Shown piece after piece: positions 25,090 through 32,000 of a stretch of 32,000 nucleotides of DNA. Position 1 is the stretch's first letter; each line of letters starts with the position of its first letter. Source of the stretch: Candidatus Nanobsidianus stetteri. Its GTDB lineage: Archaea; Nanobdellota; Nanobdellia; Nanobdellales; Nanobdellaceae. The position numbers and the translations under genes are program-made. Under the pieces are notes generated by a model. The model did not search any database. It saw only the letters and a list, made by a program, of their open reading frames with translations, and was not told the origin of the DNA. The stretch lies in the NCBI GenBank assembly GCA_000387965.1, contig APJZ01000003.1:30001-62000 (forward strand), given 5' to 3'.

Positions 25090-25838
25090 ATTAATATATC
25101 TATAAGACTAGTTCTTAAGCCTGGTAGAAATCCTAAATAAAATAACATTAAGTATATTACATTTCTTAGATCATCCTTTAAATAATATTTTGTATAAAGG
25201 GCAATAAATAATGTTAAAAATAGTTTTAATCCATAAAATAATAATGGATTATTATATTGAAAAATAAGGATATTTAATAACTGATGTTCAGATTGTAAAT
25301 TAAAATAATATACTGAGATAATTGAAAAAATAGTTTCATAGATTTCCCCAAATATTGATAAATAGAATAATTTTTCTGTATATGATAAATAAATTAAAAT
25401 AGAAAATAATAAAATGAATATTAAAGATGGTAATAAATTTATTGGCCTTCCAAAAATAAAAAATGGAATTTCCAATATTAAAATTACCAATAATATATAT
25501 AGGTAATATTTTCTGTATTTATATAAAAATAGAACTGGTAAAAAAGATATTAAGATCCATAGTTCTAATAGAGGTGTAAATAATAAATATGTTTTTATTG
25601 TATAACCAAGATCAATATTTACTCTTGGAATAATAAATATTGTAGTTAAAATAATTAGATCTAATAAAAAATATCTATCAATAATTACTTTTTTATTTTT
25701 TACAAAGAGATAATAAAAAAGAATAAAACCTACAACAAATAATAATCCATATAAAAATGTATTATATATATTATATTGATATTGATATCCTATTACTGGA
25801 TATATAAAATATTGATAAAAAATTTGATATAAATTCAT
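25086..25838 (-). CDS. Hypothetical polytopic membrane protein (possibly DUF63-like)
   Basis: 250 aa and very hydrophobic with multiple predicted TM helices. Its start ATG shares one nucleotide with the upstream stop (TAATG). The family assignment is only a vague recollection. Confidence 0.5.
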   Translation of the reverse strand: MNLYQIFYQYFIYPVIGYQYQYNIYNTFLYGLLFVVGFILFYYLFVKNKKVIIDRYFLLDLIILTTIFIIPRVNIDLGYTIKTYLLFTPLLELWILISFLPVLFLYKYRKYYLYILLVILILEIPFFIFGRPINLLPSLIFILLFSILIYLSYTEKLFYLSIFGEIYETIFSIISVYYFNLQSEHQLLNILIFQYNNPLLFYGLKLFLTLFIALYTKYYLKDDLRNVIYLMLFYLGFLPGLRTSLIDILI

Positions 25839-26230
25839 TAACGCCTATAATATTGAAAATATTGGAGTAAATTGTTTAATAGAGCAATTATATTATCTAA
25901 CTTCGTTGCAATTGTATCTAATTTTGTATTTAGCATTTGTATTAAATTATAATCAAAATTTGAATATTGATTATTATATCCATAATTTTGTGGAAAATTT
26001 GGTAAATATGCTTGAGGATTTAATTGTCCTGGAAATTGATTTTGTTGAAGTGTATTTTGACTTTGAATTGGTGGTGGAGGAGGTGGTAATAATGGCTCAT
26101 TTGGATATGGACCTGGAGGATAATTTCCTGGTCCTTCTGGTGGGTAATTCATAAAATCTCCCTGTTGGTTTATACCATAATCTTCATTATCCCTTTTTCC
26201 AAAAAGATTCTTAATAAAATCCAATGCCAT
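25838..26230 (-). CDS. Hypothetical protein: N-terminal LFGKR motif, P/Q/N-rich low-complexity region, short C-terminal helical segment
   Basis: 130 aa. MALDFIKNLFGKRDNED.., then ..NYPPEGPGNYPPGPYPNEPLLPPPPPPIQSQNTLQQNQF..NYGYNNQYSNF.., then LIQMLNTKLDTIATKLDNIIALLNNLL. Same three-part layout as the 17172-17876 product. Confidence 0.55.
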   Translation of the reverse strand: MALDFIKNLFGKRDNEDYGINQQGDFMNYPPEGPGNYPPGPYPNEPLLPPPPPPIQSQNTLQQNQFPGQLNPQAYLPNFPQNYGYNNQYSNFDYNLIQMLNTKLDTIATKLDNIIALLNNLLQYFQYYRR

Positions 26231-26261
26231 ATAATATTATAAAATTCCTTAATATATAAAA

Positions 26262-26885
26262 TTATTCTTCTTCCTCTTCCAAACCCTTTTCCATAAATTC
26301 TTCATAAGATATAGGTAATTCTCCCTTTTTAGATAATAATCCCCTATTCCTTAAGTATTCTCTAGCAATAATATAATATAATAAAGCTAAAGATTTTGCC
26401 CCTCTATTATTTGCCGGTATAGCAATATCTATATAACTTAAAGAATTATTTGTATCAACAAAAGCAATTGTTATTTTTCCAGTTCTATATGCATCCAATA
26501 AAGCATTTCTATCAAGTATAGGATCTGTTATTATAACAACATCAACATCCTTAAATATATCTAAGGCAGGATTTGTTAATAATCCTGGAGGATATCTCTT
26601 TGGATAAACATTTATTCCAGTATACTTATTTAACATTTGAAGTGGTTTTCTTGCAGTTTCTCTTCTTCCAACTGCTAATATTTGATATGGTTCATATCTA
26701 GATAATAATTTTGTTGATAATCTCAATCTTTCATCCAATTTTATTACATCTATAATTGCCAATCCATCAGATCTTACTCTAGCAATAAACTTTTTTGTTT
26801 GTTTATTCTTTATTTTTGTACCTATATGAACACCCGCTTTTATATATTCCTCCAAACTAACCAACCAAATATTTTCTTGTGCCAT
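26262..26885 (-). CDS. rps2: 30S ribosomal protein uS2
   Basis: The pattern ..YIKAGVHIGTKIKNKQTKKFIARVRSDGLAIIDV.. is the uS2 signature. I start at the ATG 26883-26885 (MAQENIW..), 1 nt after the uL2 stop, rather than at the track start 26933, which would overlap uL2 by 47 nt. Confidence 0.85.
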   Translation of the reverse strand: MAQENIWLVSLEEYIKAGVHIGTKIKNKQTKKFIARVRSDGLAIIDVIKLDERLRLSTKLLSRYEPYQILAVGRRETARKPLQMLNKYTGINVYPKRYPPGLLTNPALDIFKDVDVVIITDPILDRNALLDAYRTGKITIAFVDTNNSLSYIDIAIPANNRGAKSLALLYYIIAREYLRNRGLLSKKGELPISYEEFMEKGLEEEEE

Positions 26886-26886
26886 T

Positions 26887-27618
26887 TTATATTGCTTTCT
26901 TTCTTCCTGTTCTCCTTGAGCCATATTTACCATACTTTATTGGATATCCATGCTTTGGTAATGGAGTCATTCCACCCTTATTTCTCTTATGTTTACCTCC
27001 CAATGGATGATCTGCAGCATTTCTTGCAGTTGGTTTACTAATTGGCCAATTTCTATGATGAGCTTTTTTAAAATAATATTTATTTCCAGCTTTAACAAAT
27101 GGTTTATCCGTTCTTCCACCTCCGGCAACTATTCCAAATATTGCTCTAGAATATAAATTGACCATCTTTGTTTTTCCAGATGGTAATTTTAATATTGCAT
27201 ATTTATCTGTTTTTTGAACTAATATACATGATGTACCAGATGTTCTTGCAATCTTTCCACCATCACCAGGAGAAATTTCTACCATACAAACACTTGATCC
27301 ATCTGGAATAACCTTTAGTGGTAAAATATTTCCATTTTCTACTGGAGCATTTACACCTGCATAAATTTCTTTTCCAACATATAAACCTTCAACAGCGGGA
27401 ACTAAAATTGTTTCCCCAGTTTCAAATTTTATCTTGGCAATTGGAGCATAATGAACCTTATCTTTTATTATATCTACAACAATACCTTTTACCTTATCTT
27501 TCATTTCTTTTTCATCTAAAGGTCTAAAATAAAATTCTCCTATTGAATAAAAATCTGGGACCTTATATATATTCTTTCCTTTACCTAACCTCTGTTGTAA
27601 TATTGTATTTCCACCCAT
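26887..27618 (-). CDS. rpl2: 50S ribosomal protein uL2
   Basis: 243 aa. ..GGGRTDKPFVKAGNKYY.. and ..ARNAADHPLGGKHKRNKG.. are uL2 hallmarks. Confidence 0.92.
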   Translation of the reverse strand: MGGNTILQQRLGKGKNIYKVPDFYSIGEFYFRPLDEKEMKDKVKGIVVDIIKDKVHYAPIAKIKFETGETILVPAVEGLYVGKEIYAGVNAPVENGNILPLKVIPDGSSVCMVEISPGDGGKIARTSGTSCILVQKTDKYAILKLPSGKTKMVNLYSRAIFGIVAGGGRTDKPFVKAGNKYYFKKAHHRNWPISKPTARNAADHPLGGKHKRNKGGMTPLPKHGYPIKYGKYGSRRTGRKKAI

Positions 27619-27619
27619 T

Positions 27620-27880
27620 TTATATTAATCCTAATTTAGATAATATATCTTGAGCCTTATATTCCTTTTCTAATGTAACATATGCCTTTTTTCTTCCTTT
27701 ATAATCTATTAATGTATTTAATTTTTTTACTTTAACATTAAATAATTTTTCAACAGCCTCTTTTATATCTTTCTTTGTAGAAGACCTATTTACAATAAAA
27801 ATGACCTTATTATATTTATCAAGTAAATACATATCTTTTTCTGTTAATTCAGCATAAAGTATAACATCTTTTATATCCAT
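27620..27880 (-). CDS. rpl23: 50S ribosomal protein uL23
   Basis: 86 aa. ..LTEKDMYLLDKYNKVIFIVNRSSTKKDIKEAVEKLFNVKVKKLNTL.. is the uL23 pattern, positioned between uL4 and uL2. Confidence 0.88.
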   Translation of the reverse strand: MDIKDVILYAELTEKDMYLLDKYNKVIFIVNRSSTKKDIKEAVEKLFNVKVKKLNTLIDYKGRKKAYVTLEKEYKAQDILSKLGLI

Positions 27881-27889
27881 CTTATAATT

Positions 27890-28717
27890 TCATATGTATA
27901 AATTTCTTAAATCTTCTATTGCCTTTTCACTCCATATAATAAATCTACCCAATTTACCACCAGGAGCCAATTTTTCTATATTTAATTGATCTACTTTTGA
28001 AAACTCTACACCATCAATGGAAACCTTTGGTAATTGAGAATCGGAAGATAATACAAATAAAATTCCTCTATATTTTTTTATTCTCCTATTCCTCATTTTT
28101 CCCTTTCCAGCTCTTTGTTTTTTATTTTCTTTTATATATTCGATAAAGTTTATTATCTTTAATTTATTAAATAAATCTCTATATTCTTTCGCTTTCTTTA
28201 ATTCTTCTAGATTAGATATAACAATTGGTAGACCAAAAGTATTAATTGATTCATTTAAATAAATAAAAGATTTTATATATCTATTTTTTATATAATCTAA
28301 ATTTGAAGATGCAGAAATTGCAGATAATATTGCTAATCTTTTTTCTTTTTTATTTATTTTTTTATACCAATTTTTTTCTGGTTTTGGTGGATGAGCTCTC
28401 CTTCCCTTTACAGAACCTGGTATTACTCTAGCTATCCATATAAAATTACCAGCAATCTTTGCAAATATTGATCTAGGAACCCTTGATATACCCCTTTTAT
28501 ATGAAGATCTATATGTATATCTCCTCTTTGATGTCCATGCAGAAGCTTCCATACCTGCATATTTATATGAACCATATGGTACTCTATGACTTAACATATA
28601 TGCTCTAAATACTTTATATACTATATCTTCTCTTATTTCATATTTAAAGTGTTCTGGTAATTCTATTTCTTTTATTTTATTACCTTCCTTATCATAAACT
28701 GGTATCATATTTTCCAT
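27890..28717 (-). CDS. rpl4: 50S ribosomal protein uL4
   Basis: 275 aa. ..VYDKEGNKIKEIELPEHF..RVPYGSYKYAGMEASAWTS..GISRVPR.. is the archaeal uL4 pattern, directly upstream of uL23-uL2. Confidence 0.88.
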   Translation of the reverse strand: MENMIPVYDKEGNKIKEIELPEHFKYEIREDIVYKVFRAYMLSHRVPYGSYKYAGMEASAWTSKRRYTYRSSYKRGISRVPRSIFAKIAGNFIWIARVIPGSVKGRRAHPPKPEKNWYKKINKKEKRLAILSAISASSNLDYIKNRYIKSFIYLNESINTFGLPIVISNLEELKKAKEYRDLFNKLKIINFIEYIKENKKQRAGKGKMRNRRIKKYRGILFVLSSDSQLPKVSIDGVEFSKVDQLNIEKLAPGGKLGRFIIWSEKAIEDLRNLYI

Positions 28718-28780
28718 GGCTATATTTTATATATAAAACATATTTAAATCTTTATAATAACTCACATTAACTATTAAGAT

Positions 28781-30430
28781 ATGTATGAACTTATTAATGA
28801 TATTATAAAAAAGAGCCTTAGAAAGATTACCATAATATTTAGTATAATAATTGCATTAATAATTATAATAGGAAAATATTTACCGGTATTAAAAATATAC
28901 TATCCAATTTTATATTTGTCAGCAGTTGTTTTTTCATTGGAGGTTATATTTCTAGAATATTATAAAACAAAAAAATCATTGGATAAATCCTTACTATATT
29001 ATATAGCATATTTATATTCTCTCTCATTTTCTACAAGTAATATTAAAAGATTATTAGAAATTGCAATTGAAGAAAAAACAGAATTTAAGGATATAAATTA
29101 TTATATGTCAAAAATTCTTTTTTTAACAAATAAATATAATTATACAATCCCAGAAGCTATAAGATATGTATTACCATATATTCCAAATAGTAATTTTAAA
29201 AGTTTTTTAGAGAGATTTGCAACTTCAATTGATATTGGCGAAGAAATATCAGAATTTTTATATAAAGAATATGAAACACAATTAGCAATATATGAAGCAA
29301 ATTATGAAAAAGGTTTAGAAAATATAAGATTATTAGATGAATTTATAATATCTTTATTATCATCTTTAGGATTTGCATTTTCTTTAATATTGTTTATACC
29401 ATTCTTAGTAAGTGCAAATATAATATTTTTACTAGCAGATTTTTTTATAATATTCATTGTAATTAATTTACTCATATATTATGTATCAAAATATTATATC
29501 CCTGATGATGGATTATGGTCTCATTCAAAAGAAAAACCAAAAGAATATATAACAATAAGATATTTATTTTACATTTTATCATTCTTATCTTATATATTAT
29601 TTTTAGCATTATTTTTAGTATTAAAATTACAATTATTAGAGGCCTTTGCAATAGCAGTTACACCCTTAGCATATGTAAGCTATAGGATGATATTATTAGA
29701 GAGAGCATTAAAAATAAAGGAAAATCATTTTCCAGCATTCTTTAGTAGTATAATAGAATATTCAGAAATATTTGGAAGTAATCAAACAAAAATATTGGAT
29801 AATGTTATTATACATGATTTTGGTTTATTAAATGAAGATATTAACAGATTAAGGAAAAGGATAAACATAACAAAAAATTATTCCGAATCTTGGAGATATT
29901 TTATAGTTGAATTGGGTAGTTCTATTGCAGAAAAAATAATAAAGGTATTTGAAAAAGTTTTATCATATAATGGAGATACAAAAAAAGCAGGAGATATGTT
30001 ATATAATATATTAATAAAGATAATTGAGCTTAGATCTAGAAAATCTCAATTTATATCAAATTTAAGGGGTATTATATATGGAACATATATAGCATTTATA
30101 GCAATTTTATTCATAATTGCTCAAATATTATATTTATTAAACCAGATGTTTCAAGGTGTATCTACAGCACTTGGTTCTGCAGTAGCTCAGATAGGTATAA
30201 ATATATATACATTTTCAATACCTTTATATATATTGCAGGATTATATATTTGTAATATCTATTATTGAAGCTTTTATTTTAGCAGGAGCATTGAAAAATAT
30301 AGATGGAGGATCTAAACTTGGAATGTTCCTGGATGCGACAGTTATGATATGGTTAAGTGCATTATTGAATATTTTGGTATATTATTTATTTACATATGTA
30401 TTTTCGGGTCTATCTTTAGTAAAGCTATAA
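28781..30430 (+). CDS. Second FlaJ/TadC-like platform membrane protein (orphan paralog)
   Basis: 549 aa, polytopic, with two T2SS-F-like cytoplasmic regions (..IPEAIRYVLPYIPNSNFKSFLERFATSIDIGEEISEFLYKEYETQ.. and ..FPAFFSSIIEYSEIFGSNQTKILDNV..). No adjacent secretion ATPase. Confidence 0.65.
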   Translation: MYELINDIIKKSLRKITIIFSIIIALIIIIGKYLPVLKIYYPILYLSAVVFSLEVIFLEYYKTKKSLDKSLLYYIAYLYSLSFSTSNIKRLLEIAIEEKTEFKDINYYMSKILFLTNKYNYTIPEAIRYVLPYIPNSNFKSFLERFATSIDIGEEISEFLYKEYETQLAIYEANYEKGLENIRLLDEFIISLLSSLGFAFSLILFIPFLVSANIIFLLADFFIIFIVINLLIYYVSKYYIPDDGLWSHSKEKPKEYITIRYLFYILSFLSYILFLALFLVLKLQLLEAFAIAVTPLAYVSYRMILLERALKIKENHFPAFFSSIIEYSEIFGSNQTKILDNVIIHDFGLLNEDINRLRKRINITKNYSESWRYFIVELGSSIAEKIIKVFEKVLSYNGDTKKAGDMLYNILIKIIELRSRKSQFISNLRGIIYGTYIAFIAILFIIAQILYLLNQMFQGVSTALGSAVAQIGINIYTFSIPLYILQDYIFVISIIEAFILAGALKNIDGGSKLGMFLDATVMIWLSALLNILVYYLFTYVFSGLSLVKL

Positions 30431-30870
30431 TTTATTTTTCTTTCTTTTGGTATAAAATCTTTCAATATATTATTTTTAATATAAACACTACATAAAATAT
30501 CATTACCATCTTTTGCTATATAAAAACCATTTTCATAATTTTTTTCCAATTTTATATTTTCATAGAATTTATAAAAAAGGTTTTCCTTTTTTATTTCAAT
30601 AATTTTATTAGAATTTATTCCAAAAATTTGTGCACCTTCTATACTAAATCTATATATATTATTTTTCTCTATTTTAATTACATATAAACCATATTTTTTT
30701 ATATATTTTTCATCTAAAAAATCTGGAAAATTTTTATTAAACATATATATTTTATCTTTATTAATGAAAAATCTATATTTCTTTATTATTGACTTATCTA
30801 TATTTATATTATAATATTCTTCTATTTTCTTGAATATTTCTTCTATATTCTTTTTATTTAATTCCTTCAT
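30382..30870 (-). CDS. Hypothetical protein, tentatively Nip7/pre-PUA-PUA-like RNA-binding
   Basis: 162 aa. ..YGLYVIKIEKNNIYRFSIEGAQIFG.. and ..GFYIAKDGNDILCSVYIKNNILKDFIPKERKI loosely resemble Nip7/UPF0113-type proteins. 4-nt overlap with the RFC gene and 49-nt convergent overlap with the FlaJ-like gene. Confidence 0.3.
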   Translation of the reverse strand: MKELNKKNIEEIFKKIEEYYNINIDKSIIKKYRFFINKDKIYMFNKNFPDFLDEKYIKKYGLYVIKIEKNNIYRFSIEGAQIFGINSNKIIEIKKENLFYKFYENIKLEKNYENGFYIAKDGNDILCSVYIKNNILKDFIPKERKINYSFTKDRPENTYVNK

Positions 30871-32000
30871 AATTTTTCTACAGCTTCTTTTATATATGAT
30901 ATTTCATTTTCATTAAATCCTAGTATTTTTGCATACTCTTTTCCTATTTTTTCATTTTCTTTCATTAAAACAATTAATGTATTTATATATACTTCCCTAA
31001 TTCTCTTTTTTGATGTATGGACCTTCTTTTGTAAATTTTTTGATAATTCTTCAATTTTTTCCCTTATTTCCTTATTTTGCGATAATTTTTTTACATATTG
31101 TGGCATTCTATATTTTGTAAATTTATTATATCTCTTTTCTTTTGCTAATGCAACTCCAGCATACATTAATGTTGTAAAATATTTTAATAGATCCCAATAT
31201 TGTCTTCTATAAATTCTTCCATAAAATACAACTGCCAAAGATAACCAATTATAAGCTTCATATATTTCTTTTATATTTTCATATTCATTTGATATATTTT
31301 CTTCAACCCATGCTTTAATTTCCTCAGGATCCATATCTACATCTGCAAATGGTAATGTAGCACCCATTATTGTGTTTGCCTTAAACATTTGACCCAATGC
31401 TCTAAATATTGTAATCTCCCTTTCTCTATAACCTAAAACTTCTAAATCTTTCAATGTAATATGATTAGTCATTGTTGCCAATGCTTGTAGATCATTTATT
31501 GCACTTCTTAAATCTCCGGATGATCTTTCTACAAGTGCAGATAATGCATTATCATCAATTGTTATCTTTTCATTTGTACAAATTCTCTTTAATTGTCTTA
31601 TTATATCGGTATTTGATAATTTTTTGAATTCAACCATATCACATGAATCTCTTAATTTCTTAAATTTTGGATCCCATGGATCATTTGCAGTCAATATTAT
31701 AGGCCATCTTGATTCTTCTACTATTTTTACCAATGCTCCAATTCCACCTTTATCTTGAAATCCAGCTAGTCCATCTACTTCATCAACCAAAATTATCCTT
31801 CCTTTTTTGAAAAATGGTTTTCCCTTTATTGCTTCTCCCAATTTTTCATGTATAACCCTTGCATTTCTATTATCAGAAGCATTTAATTCTACAACTTCAT
31901 AATCTAAATCATTTGCAATTGCATATATTGATGAAGTCTTTCCAACACCTGGAGGTCCATATATTAATAATGCTTTTTTACTTACATTTGGATATTTTTC
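30867..32000 (-). CDS. rfcL: Replication factor C large subunit (N-terminus runs off the right edge)
   Basis: The track ORF starts at an internal Met. My reverse translation of 31842-32000 continues in frame as ..KKALLIYGPPGVGKTSSIYAIANDLDYEVVELNASDNRN.. (Walker A), followed by ILVDEVDGL (Walker B) and SGDLRSAINDLQ (sensor region). Confidence 0.88.
   Translation of the reverse strand, partial: EKYPNVSKKALLIYGPPGVGKTSSIYAIANDLDYEVVELNASDNRNARVIHEKLGEAIKGKPFFKKGRIILVDEVDGLAGFQDKGGIGALVKIVEESRWPIILTANDPWDPKFKKLRDSCDMVEFKKLSNTDIIRQLKRICTNEKITIDDNALSALVERSSGDLRSAINDLQALATMTNHITLKDLEVLGYREREITIFRALGQMFKANTIMGATLPFADVDMDPEEIKAWVEENISNEYENIKEIYEAYNWLSLAVVFYGRIYRRQYWDLLKYFTTLMYAGVALAKEKRYNKFTKYRMPQYVKKLSQNKEIREKIEELSKNLQKKVHTSKKRIREVYINTLIVLMKENEKIGKEYAKILGFNENEISYIKEAVEKL

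Noticed and set aside
24669-25094. 141-aa plus-strand ORF
   Set aside because: It lies entirely antisense to the RIO kinase gene, whose catalytic motifs are intact, and has shadow-ORF composition (L/Y/F/I/N).
26886-26933. N-terminal extension of uS2 (MVNMAQGEQEERKQYK) overlapping the uL2 3' end by 47 nt
   Set aside because: An in-frame ATG at 26883-26885 starts 1 nt after the uL2 stop and gives a conventional uS2 N-terminus. The extension has no conserved counterpart that I recognise.
1-32000. Search by eye for CRISPR arrays, IS elements, integrases, toxin-antitoxin pairs, rRNA/SRP/RNase P RNAs and split tRNA halves
   Set aside because: No regularly spaced direct repeats, no transposase- or integrase-like ORFs and no additional GC-rich islands beyond the four tRNAs were seen. 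The PIN protein at 8676-9083 is the conserved aIF2-gamma-linked type, not a VapC toxin with a partner antitoxin.

Overview
This is an extremely AT-rich archaeal chromosome segment, roughly a fifth to a quarter G+C by eye (not computed). It is very gene-dense, with spacers of 0-70 nt and many 1-4 nt start/stop overlaps. I call 40 protein genes, four GC-rich tRNA genes (initiator Met-CAT, Arg-TCG, Leu-CAG, Leu-GAG) and one candidate C/D-box sRNA. I saw no CRISPR array, transposase, integrase or rRNA. Most genes are information-processing housekeeping: Alba, S17e, uS2, uL2, uL23, uL4, CysRS, aIF2-gamma, aRF1, CCA-adding enzyme, RIO kinase, TFE, RFC large subunit, RadB, adenylate kinase, pyrophosphatase, a NOL1/NOP2/Sun methyltransferase, and YchF- and DRG-like GTPases. 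The extreme AT content, compaction, GC-rich tRNAs, broken ribosomal-operon synteny and an apparently split or truncated GatE fit a reduced, probably thermophilic DPANN/Nanoarchaeota-like genome; this placement is inference. The best candidate for an undescribed system is a divergent locus at 12510-18303. It holds an unusually long FlaI-like secretion ATPase and a FlaJ-like platform protein, facing three uncharacterised genes: a coiled-coil protein, a Q/N-rich prion-like coiled-coil protein, and an N-anchored Cys-rich protein with many glycosylation sequons. No recognisable pilin or archaellin is present. A second protein of the same low-complexity architecture (25838-26230) and an orphan second FlaJ-like gene (28781-30430) lie elsewhere in the window. 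Other notable items:
- a textbook-geometry C/D-box sRNA candidate abutting the NOL1/NOP2/Sun start codon;
- a cysteine-free aldehyde:ferredoxin-oxidoreductase-like pseudoenzyme whose 3' end overlaps a tRNA;
- a dense TTAAC/GTTAA palindrome array upstream of tfe.
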